Positions 21,047-29,848 of a DNA stretch of 59,826 nucleotides are shown piece by piece (the stretch's first letter is position 1; each line of letters starts with the position of its first letter). Made by a program: the position numbers and the translations under genes. The DNA is from Chloroflexota bacterium (GTDB taxonomy: Bacteria > Chloroflexota > Chloroflexia > QHBQ01). The DNA lies in assembly GCA_025355955.1 (NCBI GenBank), contig JANXYP010000006.1:1-59826 (forward strand), in the 5' to 3' direction. The notes beneath the pieces were generated by a model that saw nothing but the letters and a program-made list of their open reading frames with translations, made no database searches and had not been told where the DNA came from.

Positions 21047-21784
21047 CTAGAGCGCAGGTACCGGGCGGAGCGCTTGTGCGCCGTACCAGGCGTGTTCGAT
21101 GCCGCGCATAAGCAGGGCGCAATCAAAGGTGCAGGTGCCTGGCGGAAACTGCTTAGGGTTGTCAAAAAAGCTGGACTCGACCTGCTGGATCGCGAGTGGC
21201 ACCACTTCCCAGTTGAAGGCGTGCAGCCGAATGCCCTGCAACGGACCACCGCTCTGCGCGGGCGAATAGCCGATGGACCCATGTTCGAAGAAGGCGGAGG
21301 CTTCCGCTACTGTCTTGAAGACCGATGTGGATGGTAGGGCCTCGGCGATATCGGCCTCGACCACGACATGGGTGCGCTGATCATCACTGTCCAGCGCCAC
21401 GAAGAAATGTTTGGCCTGTTCGGCCACGCGGAAGTGGGCGTGCTGGTGGAAACCGGGAACGATGCGGCCACCCAGCCAGGTATTCAGCCGTGAGGCAGTA
21501 TCGCGACGGGGGATATAAACCCCCTCATGCCGCTGACCCTGTTCATCCCACTCGACGGCGATGCGATGGGCGGCGTTTTCCGAGCTGACACCCAGGAATG
21601 CGGGGATGCCGCGTGGGCGCAGATGCGCCAGGCGGATCAGGCAAATGCCCGCGATACCACTGCCCTGCACCAACTTGGGGCGGAACGGCGATGGCAAGAT
21701 CGCGGCAAGCACATCGGGGTCGACCCGATAGTTGACCAGGATACGTCGGTCAATCACGCCGCGCATGGCGGGAAAAAGCATCAT
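21047..21784 (-). CDS. DUF2071 family protein
   Basis: RRILVNYRVDP..., AGICLIRL, SENAAHRIAVEW, GVYIPRRDT. Confidence 0.8.
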   Translation of the reverse strand: MMLFPAMRGVIDRRILVNYRVDPDVLAAILPSPFRPKLVQGSGIAGICLIRLAHLRPRGIPAFLGVSSENAAHRIAVEWDEQGQRHEGVYIPRRDTASRLNTWLGGRIVPGFHQHAHFRVAEQAKHFFVALDSDDQRTHVVVEADIAEALPSTSVFKTVAEASAFFEHGSIGYSPAQSGGPLQGIRLHAFNWEVVPLAIQQVESSFFDNPKQFPPGTCTFDCALLMRGIEHAWYGAQALRPVPAL

Positions 21785-22045
21785 ATCATTGCCTCCATTG
21801 CTGATCTAACGCTCGCCCGGGGCAAAATGAATGTTCGGCAGCCCACGGGAGGCGGGACTAATATAACAGCAGCGGTAGCGTTGGGCTTCAATGCACTTAA
21901 CTGTTGGGTTGGAGATCGCAACCAATACATTGTAACATAAATAACAAACAAACACAAAATTAGAGCAGCGAGTTGAGGCACCGAAGACGCGGAAAAAGAT
22001 GGGGAAGACGCGGAAAATTGTCGTCGGCGGCAGGGTGTGCGATAA

Positions 22046-22136
22046 TACCAATTAGCCGTGGTGCCGCTATAGTTTCTGTAGGGGCGAACCGTTGTTCGCC
22101 CTGGCCCAATTTAACTATCTGCTCGGCTAATTGGTA
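22046..22136. mobile_element. MITE family M3, TAA duplication
   Basis: TACCAATTAGCCG...CGGCTAATTGGTA flanked by TAA; central REP. Confidence 0.75.
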
Positions 22137-22294
22137 TAAGATAATTGATAGGCATTGCAAAGACCTCCTGTGGTGTAATGGTTGTGGTAAAACCCATCTC
22201 ACCTCAGAAGGTCTCTTTTTACATCCCTAAAATACGGGATGACTGTGTGATCCGCATTGCCGAGGTACCGGGATGCCTATGCGATGGGCATCTC

Positions 22295-23347
22295 TTATTT
22301 CACGTTGTTCACGAACTCGTTGGTAAACGTCTTGCCCAGGTCAATGGTTGCCGCTTTGACATCCGGGTTGATCTGCTGCTCGAACTTCAGCACAAACGGC
22401 GGCCCGCTGTCCGGCATCTTCCCGTCTGGGCTGTACATGGCGAACTGGTTAGTCAGTGCAGTGACGTAGAGGGTTTTATCGCCAGCGTAGTAGTCTGCGG
22501 GCATCTTGTCCGCCACTTCCTGCGGCGTGTGTGTGTTGATCCACTTGAGCGTCTTCACGTAGGCATTCACCAGCCGCTGCACCAGATCCTTGTGGGCGGC
22601 AACATAGTCCGCCTTCATGAACACGCAGATAAAGGGGTAGTCGGAACCGAGAGCGGCGCGGGTAGCATCGGGCGTGCGTAGGTCAATCAGCACCTTGGCA
22701 TCCCCAGTCTTAAGCAGGCGGGAGATAGTCGGCTCTGTGGTCATGCCTGCGTCGATCTTGCCCTGCTTGATACCCGCGATGAAGGTATCACCCGCGCCAA
22801 CAGGCACGAACTGCACCTGATCGGCCGCGATGCCCTTCTGGCTAAGCATATACTGGGTTAGGGTTTGCGTGCCTGAGCCAAGTTCCGTGACACCCAGGTT
22901 CTTGCCTTTGAGGTCGTTAATTGACTTAATCGTGTCGGCCGCTTTGCTGGAGACCATCTCCGCCTCGCCGGGTGAGATCAAGAGTTGGACAACTTCGACA
23001 ATTCCTTTGCCCTTCGCCTGCAGCTCGAGGGTGTGGTTGTAGGATCCGGACCCCGCATCTACGCCGCCCGATAGAACTTCCGTCTCCGCAGACTGGCCGG
23101 AGGCTTCGTCTATCAGATCAACCTGGAGGTTCTGCTCGTCAAAGTAGCCGAGCTGCTGCGTCAGCATATTGGGCAAGTAAATCTGCTTGCTCATCCCACC
23201 AACCAGGATTTTGATATGATCCTTCTGGGCGACAGGGGTGGTGCCAGTTCCCGCATCCGTCCCGCAGCTACTCAGGGTCAGGATTAGGACCAGGATGGTG
23301 CCGACTGCGGGGCCGACTCGTCGTTTCATGTGCGGCATATGCTTCAC
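22295..23347 (-). CDS. NitT/TauT ABC substrate-binding lipoprotein
   Basis: Lipobox LSSC, KQIYLP..L...LGYF, DLKGK.LGVT..GS.T; GTG start after AAGGA. Confidence 0.85.
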   Translation of the reverse strand: MKHMPHMKRRVGPAVGTILVLILTLSSCGTDAGTGTTPVAQKDHIKILVGGMSKQIYLPNMLTQQLGYFDEQNLQVDLIDEASGQSAETEVLSGGVDAGSGSYNHTLELQAKGKGIVEVVQLLISPGEAEMVSSKAADTIKSINDLKGKNLGVTELGSGTQTLTQYMLSQKGIAADQVQFVPVGAGDTFIAGIKQGKIDAGMTTEPTISRLLKTGDAKVLIDLRTPDATRAALGSDYPFICVFMKADYVAAHKDLVQRLVNAYVKTLKWINTHTPQEVADKMPADYYAGDKTLYVTALTNQFAMYSPDGKMPDSGPPFVLKFEQQINPDVKAATIDLGKTFTNEFVNNVK

Positions 23348-23357
23348 TATTCCTTTC

Positions 23358-24233
23358 TTAGATCGATACATCAGTAATTGTATTAGGCCGCCAGCGGATC
23401 AGGCGATTCTCCAACGCCGTGATTATGGCCTCGGCAGTCAAGGATATAGCGGCAAGAATCACCATCGCTGCGAAGACACCGTTGGCATTGAAGGTGTTCT
23501 GGGCCGTGGAGATCAGCAAACCAAGTCCCTTGAGCGCCCCCAGATATTCCCCTACCACAGCGCCTACCAGCGCAAAGCTGAAGCTGGTGTGCAGGCTTGC
23601 AATGATCCAGGATAGGGCTGATGGAATGATGATCTCGGTCGCAAGTTGGCGCGAATTGGCTCCCAAAATCCGCGCATTGGCGATCAGGTTGCGGTCAACC
23701 TCGCGCACACCCTGGAAAGCATTGAAGAAGACGATAAAGAAGACGAGGACGACGGCCAGGGCGATCTTGGAGCCAATGCCCAGCCCCAGGGAGATAGCGA
23801 AGATCGAGCCGAGCACTATGCGCGGAATCGAATTCGCTACTTTAATGTAAGGGCTTAGAATGTCGGCCAAGAGCCTGCTGCGCCCAAGCGCCACACCGAA
23901 AACGACACCTAGCACAACCCCAATCAGAAAGCCGATGACCGCCTCTTCCAGGGTGACTGCGATCTGCTGCCAGAGCGGCCCCTGTGCCGTACCCTGCGTG
24001 ATCCAAGTCCAGATCTGTTGTACGATCGCGGTAGGCTGGCCGAAAAAGAAAGCATCGATCCAGCCGATGCGCGCTCCCAGCTCCCAGCCCCCGATGATTA
24101 CGATCAGAAGCAATACCCGCAAGCTAGTTACGATGATGCGGTAGCGCCGGGCTGCAGTGCTGGCAATCCATACTGGCTCATCGTCCGCAAGGTCAGTGCT
24201 GTCAACTGATGGTGCGTTTTTTATCGCGTTCAT
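23358..24233 (-). CDS. NitT/TauT ABC permease
   Basis: NSIPRIVL, ARILGA (EAA-like), GAVVGEY. Confidence 0.88.
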   Translation of the reverse strand: MNAIKNAPSVDSTDLADDEPVWIASTAARRYRIIVTSLRVLLLIVIIGGWELGARIGWIDAFFFGQPTAIVQQIWTWITQGTAQGPLWQQIAVTLEEAVIGFLIGVVLGVVFGVALGRSRLLADILSPYIKVANSIPRIVLGSIFAISLGLGIGSKIALAVVLVFFIVFFNAFQGVREVDRNLIANARILGANSRQLATEIIIPSALSWIIASLHTSFSFALVGAVVGEYLGALKGLGLLISTAQNTFNANGVFAAMVILAAISLTAEAIITALENRLIRWRPNTITDVSI

Positions 24234-25023
24234 AGCTCACCATAACCTCGTCGCGCAGCGCGCCCCAGATTTCCTGATATAGCTGCACAAACCGCGGCGC
24301 GAAGCGGATCTCTGCCACCTGGCGCGGTCGGGGTAGGTCAATGGTATAGATGCCTTTGACCGTAGCTGGCCCTGCCGTCAGCACACACACCCGATCGGCC
24401 AGGGCGATTGCCTCCTCCAGATCGTGCGTTACGAACACCACCGAGGCAGAGGTGCTAGCCCAGAGCGCGAGCAACTCATCCTCCATCAGCGCACGGGTCT
24501 GCACGTCCAGGGCGCTGAATGGTTCATCCATCAACAGGATTTGAGGGCCGGTAATCAGCGTTTGGGCGAGGGCAACCCGCTTACGCATTCCACCCGATAG
24601 CTGGTGCGGGTAGTAATACTCGAACCCGCTTAGGCCAACCCGGCTAATCCAGTCGCCAGCGCGCTCAATCGCCTCGGTTTTTGACATACCGCGAAACAAG
24701 GGGCCAGCCGCAACGTTCTGCAGCACATTCTTCCAGGGAAAGATGGCATCAGTCTGAAACATATAGCCAATGCGGGCATCGATGCCTTTGACGGGTTGGC
24801 CCATTAGCAACACCTCTCCGGCGCTGGCGGGTTCCAGTCCGGCGATGAGGGCCAGGGTTGTAGATTTCCCGCAGCCAGTGGGGCCGACCACGGCGCAGAA
24901 CTCGCCGGGCTGGACGCTTATGTTGAGATTCCGCAGGGCTGTGTAAGCGGAGCCGGTAGGCGTGCGGAATCGCTTGTACACACCCCGCAGCTGAATGGCC
25001 GGGTCAGTTGGGATGTCGGGCAT
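24202..25023 (-). CDS. NitT/TauT ABC ATPase
   Basis: GPTGCGKST, LSGGMRKRVALA, DEPFSALD, VTHDLEEA. Confidence 0.9.
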   Translation of the reverse strand: MPDIPTDPAIQLRGVYKRFRTPTGSAYTALRNLNISVQPGEFCAVVGPTGCGKSTTLALIAGLEPASAGEVLLMGQPVKGIDARIGYMFQTDAIFPWKNVLQNVAAGPLFRGMSKTEAIERAGDWISRVGLSGFEYYYPHQLSGGMRKRVALAQTLITGPQILLMDEPFSALDVQTRALMEDELLALWASTSASVVFVTHDLEEAIALADRVCVLTAGPATVKGIYTIDLPRPRQVAEIRFAPRFVQLYQEIWGALRDEVMVSYERDKKRTIS

Positions 25024-25199
25024 CGGCAACCTCCGCAAAAAGATCCGGGCTGGCCCGATCAGTGCAGGCTCTGCGCTCATCATAGCCGAAGCGGCATAAC
25101 TAGTGGTAAGTATAGGGAAACGTGTGGAACTCTAGCTCTTATTATATATTAATTAGAATAATTACGCAACACCTTTTGCCATCAATTTAAGTCCTGTTG

Positions 25200-27425
25200 C
25201 TATTCCCGCTGCAGATGCACGATCAGCACGGCAATATCCGCCGGGTTGACCCCCGCGAGGCGGGCGGCCTGGCCCAGGGTGGCGGGGCGCATCTGCTGCA
25301 GCTTTTGCTGCGCTTCGCGGCGTAGTCCGGTCATGGCGAGATAGTCGAAGTCGGCGGGTAGACGGCGCTCCTCCATGCTGCGGGCGCGCTCCACCTCGAA
25401 GCGTTCGCGCTTGATGTAGCCAGCGTACTTGGCGATTAGCTCGACCTGCTCGACCACCTCCTGTTGGAGTTTTGAGTTTTGAGTTTTGAGTTTTGAGTTA
25501 AATGCTGAGTATTGGGCATTATCGGTAGGGGCGAACCGTTGTTCGCCCTGCATCCCGGCATCGGCATTATCGGTAGGGGCGAACCGTTGTTCGCCCTGCA
25601 TCCCAGCGCCGGCCTCATCTGTAGGGGCGAACCGTTGTTCGCCCAGCTCCCCCACCCAGCCTCCCTCGGTGGGGGATGGGTTTTCCTTATCTACAATCTG
25701 CAATCTATAATCTACAATCACTGGCAGCACATGGTAGGTTACATCCTGGCGCTTGAGGTAGTCCATTACGCTGCTGGCATGGGTGACGGGCGGGAAGCCA
25801 GCGGCGGTCAACGCCGCATTGAGGCCCGCGTTGGGGTTGATGCGTTCGCGGCTTAGGCGGGTGACGGTGGTGGCGATCAGTTCTCGCTTTAGCTCGACCG
25901 CTTCGTATTGCTGTTCGTCCAGCAGACCGAGGCGGTAGCCGATTGCGGCAAGGCGCAGGTCGGCGTTGTCAGTGCGTAGCAGGGTGCGATGCTCGGCGCG
26001 GGCGGTCATCAGGCGGTAGGGTTCGCGGAGCTCCTTGGTGGTGAGGTCATCGGCCATCACCCCGATGTACGCCAGGCTGCGCGGCAGGATAAGCAGTTCG
26101 CCGCGCTCAAGCTGCTCGATAGTCGCCCGCGCCTCAGTTGGCATATCCGTGTCGCGCACGGTGCGATTGGGCAACCCGCCAGCACGGAGCGCGGCGTTGA
26201 TGCCCGCAAGGATGCCCTGGCCTGCTGCCTCCTCGTAGCCGGAGGTGCCATTAATTTGCCCAGCGAGGAACAGGTTGGCGACCCGTTTGCTCTCCATGGT
26301 CGCCTGCAATTCGCTGGCTTGCACTGCATCATACTCTACCGCGTAGCCGTTACGCATAACCTCGACGTGGCGCAAAGCCGGGATGGTACGTAGCATTGCC
26401 AGTTGCACATCTTCGGGCAGGCTGGTGTTCGCGCCCTGCACGTATACCTCGTTGGTCTGCCAGCCTTCCGGCTCCAGGTATAGCTGCTGCCGCTCCTTTT
26501 CGGGGAAGCGCGTTACCTTGTCCTCGATGCTGGGGCAATAGCGCGGTCCCACCCCTTCGATGATGCCGCTGAACATGGGGGCGCGGTCGATGTTGTCGCG
26601 GATCAGCTGATGGGTGTCGGCGTTGGTGTGGATCAGGTAGCAGGCCATCTGCGGTCGCCACTCGCTCGGCTGGGGGTTGGGATAGATGGGTAGCGGTTCG
26701 AGCATGGTCGGCGTGGTCGGCCAGTGGCTGAAGTGCAGCGGGGTGGGGCTGCCATACTGGGGGGCGGTTTGGCTGAAGTCCAGGCTACGCGCATCCACCC
26801 GTGGCGGGGTGCCGGTCTTGAGCCGCAGCAGCTTGAAGCCAAGGCTCTCCACCGTCTCGCCAAGTTCGACCGCAGGCGCTTCGCCAGCGCGACCGGCGGC
26901 CATGGTCATCTCGCCCATCACAATGCGTCCGCGCAGGAAGGTGCCAGTGGTCAGCACCACCGCAGTCGCATAATAGGTTACGCCGCCATTGGTGACAATG
27001 CCGCGCACGATGCGCCGCCCGTCTGCCTCACCAATGATCAGCTTGCTGACCATTGCCTGCTTGAGATAAAGGTTGGGTTGCTGCTCGACCGCCTGCTTCA
27101 TCGTGGCGGCGTAGAGGCGCTTGTCGCTCTGCGCCCTGAGCGCCTGCACCGCCGGGCCTTTGCCGGTGTTGAGGGTGCGGATCTGGATGAAGGTGCGATC
27201 GGTGACGCGGGCCATCTCGCCACCGAGCGCATCGAGTTCGCGCACTACATGGCCCTTAGCTGGCCCGCCGATGCTGGGGTTGCAGGGCATCAGCGCGACG
27301 GTATCAAGGTTGGCGGTGAGCAGCAGGGTCCGCCGTCCCATGCGGGCAGCGGCCAACGCGGCCTCGCAGCCTGCGTGTCCGCCCCCGATCACGATTACAT
27401 CGTAGTTGTCGGTGAGAGGTGGCAT
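25200..27425 (-). CDS. mnmG: tRNA U34 carboxymethylaminomethyl modification enzyme MnmG/GidA with an in-frame repeat insertion
   Basis: GGGHAGCEAA, MPCNPSIGG, KGPAVQALRAQ, RLKTGTPPR, GPRYCPSIEDK, AGQINGTSGYEEAA, P.TLGQA. Confidence 0.96.
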   Translation of the reverse strand: MPPLTDNYDVIVIGGGHAGCEAALAAARMGRRTLLLTANLDTVALMPCNPSIGGPAKGHVVRELDALGGEMARVTDRTFIQIRTLNTGKGPAVQALRAQSDKRLYAATMKQAVEQQPNLYLKQAMVSKLIIGEADGRRIVRGIVTNGGVTYYATAVVLTTGTFLRGRIVMGEMTMAAGRAGEAPAVELGETVESLGFKLLRLKTGTPPRVDARSLDFSQTAPQYGSPTPLHFSHWPTTPTMLEPLPIYPNPQPSEWRPQMACYLIHTNADTHQLIRDNIDRAPMFSGIIEGVGPRYCPSIEDKVTRFPEKERQQLYLEPEGWQTNEVYVQGANTSLPEDVQLAMLRTIPALRHVEVMRNGYAVEYDAVQASELQATMESKRVANLFLAGQINGTSGYEEAAGQGILAGINAALRAGGLPNRTVRDTDMPTEARATIEQLERGELLILPRSLAYIGVMADDLTTKELREPYRLMTARAEHRTLLRTDNADLRLAAIGYRLGLLDEQQYEAVELKRELIATTVTRLSRERINPNAGLNAALTAAGFPPVTHASSVMDYLKRQDVTYHVLPVIVDYRLQIVDKENPSPTEGGWVGELGEQRFAPTDEAGAGMQGEQRFAPTDNADAGMQGEQRFAPTDNAQYSAFNSKLKTQNSKLQQEVVEQVELIAKYAGYIKRERFEVERARSMEERRLPADFDYLAMTGLRREAQQKLQQMRPATLGQAARLAGVNPADIAVLIVHLQRE
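25465..25720. repeat. Mosaic repeat insert inside mnmG (heptamers, three REPs at 48-bp period, CCCC hairpin)
   Basis: REP cores start at 25525, 25573 and 25621; (TTTTGAG)n at ~25467-25499; AATCTRC-type heptamers at ~25689-25720. Confidence 0.9.
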
Positions 27426-27763
27426 ATCGCCTTTGCTAACTTTAGCTCGGCTATAGTGTCGCTGCCGGTGCCAGCGTAGAAGCCATAGCGGTTGGCGATG
27501 CGCTCATAACCTGGGAAGGGATGTTCGTAGACCCAGGCGACGTTTTGTGCGGTGCCGTCGGCGCTGACCAGATCCACCCAGAAGCAGATCCCCTTGTACG
27601 AGCAGTTATAGGTTCGCTCCGTGACCTTCAGCATCTCCTTGTTCACCTTGTCGGGGTCGAAGTACCAGTAACCTTCAAAGCCAAAGACTTCCACTGGCTC
27701 GATGCCGCTTGCCAATATCGCACCACCCCGACGCTGGCTAATCGTTATTTTGCGCTCGCTCAT
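27395..27763 (-). CDS. DUF427 family protein
   Basis: EGYWYFDP..V, YNCSYKG, AWVYEHP...YERI; overlaps the mnmG start. Confidence 0.72.
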   Translation of the reverse strand: MSERKITISQRRGGAILASGIEPVEVFGFEGYWYFDPDKVNKEMLKVTERTYNCSYKGICFWVDLVSADGTAQNVAWVYEHPFPGYERIANRYGFYAGTGSDTIAELKLAKAICHLSPTTTM

Positions 27764-27882
27764 TTTATATCCCCTTATTTGATGGTTGGCTGCCAATTAC
27801 ACTATTGCCCTCTTATTCTACCAATATCATAAGGGCAAGGTCAAGCTGGACAAAGCGGGACGGATGCGGTAAGCTATGCCCT

Positions 27883-28920
27883 ATGAACATCATTATCACC
27901 ACATCGCAGGTTCCGTTCGTGCGCGGGGGCAACGAGGCGCTGGTCGACGGCCTGAGGGATGCGCTGGCCGAGCGCGGGCATCGCGTGGATGTCGTGGCCC
28001 TGCCCTATCGCTGGTACCCGCACCATGAATTGGTCAAGAGCATGGCCGCCTGGCGGCTGCTCGATTTGAGCGAGAGCAATGGCGTGCCAGTTGACCTGGT
28101 GATCGCCACCAAGTTTCCCTCTTACCTGTCTGTTCACCCCAATCGCGCCCTCTGGCTGGTGCATCAGCACCGCCAGGCGTATGACTGGTACGGCACCCCC
28201 CTCAGCGATTTCGCCAACACCACGGAGGATAGGCGAGTACGCAAGATGGTGCAGCAGGCGGATCGGCTCGGTATCGGCGGCACCCCCGCCAGCCACCGCT
28301 TTGCGATCAGCCGCAACGTGGCGGGCAGGCTGCAGCGCTACAATGGCTTCACCGCCCAGCCGCTCTATCCACCACTGGCCCACGATCGCTGGCAGGTGGG
28401 CGACTATGGCGATTACATCGTGTTCGTCAATCGGCTCGATGCAGCCAAGCGACCGGCACTGCTGCTGGACGCGCTTGAGCAGGTGCCGGAGGCAAAAGCG
28501 GTGGTCGCAGGCAGCGGCCCGCTGCTTGAGTCGCTGCGGAAAAGGGTGGCGGATGGGCCACTGCAAGGGCGGGTCTCACTGCCTGGCTACGTCAGCGAGG
28601 AGCGTAAGATTGAGTTGCTGGCAAATGCCCGCGCCGTCTACTACGCGCCAGTGGATGAGGATTACGGCTTCAGCACCCTGGAGGGGATGGCGAGCGCCCG
28701 CCCCATCGTCACCACTGATGATGCGGGCGGCGTGTTGGAGTTCGTGCGCGACGGCGCGAACGGCCTGGTCAGCCCCCCCGATGTCATCGCGCTTGCCGCC
28801 AACATTCGCCGCCTGTATGCGGAAACGGAACTAGCCGCCACGCTCGGTCAGCAAGGGCTAGCCGATTATCGTGCCGCCGATATTAGCTGGGACAAGGTGA
28901 TTGCTGCGCTGCTGGGTTGA
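27883..28920 (+). CDS. Glycosyltransferase family 4
   Basis: PFVRGGNE, IATKFPSY, RLDAAKR, EDYGFSTLEGMA. Confidence 0.88.
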   Translation: MNIIITTSQVPFVRGGNEALVDGLRDALAERGHRVDVVALPYRWYPHHELVKSMAAWRLLDLSESNGVPVDLVIATKFPSYLSVHPNRALWLVHQHRQAYDWYGTPLSDFANTTEDRRVRKMVQQADRLGIGGTPASHRFAISRNVAGRLQRYNGFTAQPLYPPLAHDRWQVGDYGDYIVFVNRLDAAKRPALLLDALEQVPEAKAVVAGSGPLLESLRKRVADGPLQGRVSLPGYVSEERKIELLANARAVYYAPVDEDYGFSTLEGMASARPIVTTDDAGGVLEFVRDGANGLVSPPDVIALAANIRRLYAETELAATLGQQGLADYRAADISWDKVIAALLG

Positions 28921-28932
28921 GATATAAAGAAT

Positions 28933-28957
28933 GAGGGCGCACATCAGTGCGCCCTCG
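28933..28957. terminator. Hairpin between convergent genes
   Basis: GAGGGCGCAC-atca-GTGCGCCCTC. Confidence 0.55.
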
Positions 28958-28984
28958 TGTCTCTATTGTTTGGTGCTGGTCTGT

Positions 28985-29503
28985 TTAGCCCCGCTTGGTT
29001 ACGCTCTCGCCTTCGCCTTGCTCAGGCGCATTGTGCTGCCAGTGGCGATGCCCGAACGGGCCGTGAAAGTGTTCACCGCTGCGGCGTTGGCCGGGGTGTT
29101 CGCCCCAGCCTTGCGGGCCAGTGGGCGGGCCGCCCCAGGGCCGACCCCCGCCGAAGCGCGGGCCAGCGAACGGGCCACGGAAGCCCCACCAGCCACCGCC
29201 GAAGCGATAGCCGGGGCCGCCCTGTCCAGGGCCGAAGCCAGGACGTGGGCCGGGGCCGAAGCCGTGGCCTTGACCGCCGGGGCCAAAGCTGGGGCGACCC
29301 TGCCAACCACCGCGTCCTTGCTGCTCACGGGCCTGCCGCCAGTCGTTGATGCCAGCGGCCTGCTCCTCATCTACCTCGCCGTCCTTGACCGCCTGGGTCA
29401 GCGTGTCTTGCCACGCTTGCTTGCGGGCCTCGTCCAGCTTTTCGCGGCTGATGCCGAGAGTGTCGGCCAGCTTCTGCCAGTATGTATCTCTGTTGAATGC
29501 CAT
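28985..29503 (-). CDS. Hypothetical protein with helical N-domain and G/P/R/aromatic low-complexity tail
   Basis: RBS AGAGG; KLADTLGISREKL..AVKDG N-domain; repeated GFGPG. Confidence 0.65.
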   Translation of the reverse strand: MAFNRDTYWQKLADTLGISREKLDEARKQAWQDTLTQAVKDGEVDEEQAAGINDWRQAREQQGRGGWQGRPSFGPGGQGHGFGPGPRPGFGPGQGGPGYRFGGGWWGFRGPFAGPRFGGGRPWGGPPTGPQGWGEHPGQRRSGEHFHGPFGHRHWQHNAPEQGEGESVTKRG

Positions 29504-29750
29504 AGGTATTGTACCTCTTTCTGTATATAATAAGCGCTCTCTTGTATAGGCGCTTTACGGTTAGTCTAAGGGAACGCTGCAGTCATCCCCATGCTAGATT
29601 ATACCGCTGCACTGCGCCACTTGTTTCGCTGGCGGCCGGAATCTAACACGCTTCTAACACCAATACGTCATGATGCTGGTGGAAAACGGATGGGCGCGGA
29701 TTTATCGCGCATCTACGGAAAACACCATCTCCTTGCTGAGTAGGTGTAAA

Positions 29751-29848
29751 TTGCACCAGGGCGGGCGGCCGCCCGCACCTACGGTTGGTGTGGACATTGC
29801 TGGCGCTGCACCAGGGCGGGCAGCCGCCCGCCCCTACGATTGGTGTGG
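29751..29848. repeat. Two direct REP variants
   Basis: TGCACCAGGGCGGGC(G/A)GCCGCCCGC(A/C)CCTACG..TGGTGTGG twice. Confidence 0.7.

Noticed and set aside
25525-25645. Three regularly spaced palindromic repeats resembling a mini-CRISPR
   Set aside because: The spacers are similar to each other, the repeat is the dispersed REP, it lies in-frame in mnmG and there are no cas genes.
25465-25720. Intein or intron in mnmG
   Set aside because: No Cys/Ser start, His-Asn end or intron motifs; the insert is explained by repeats.
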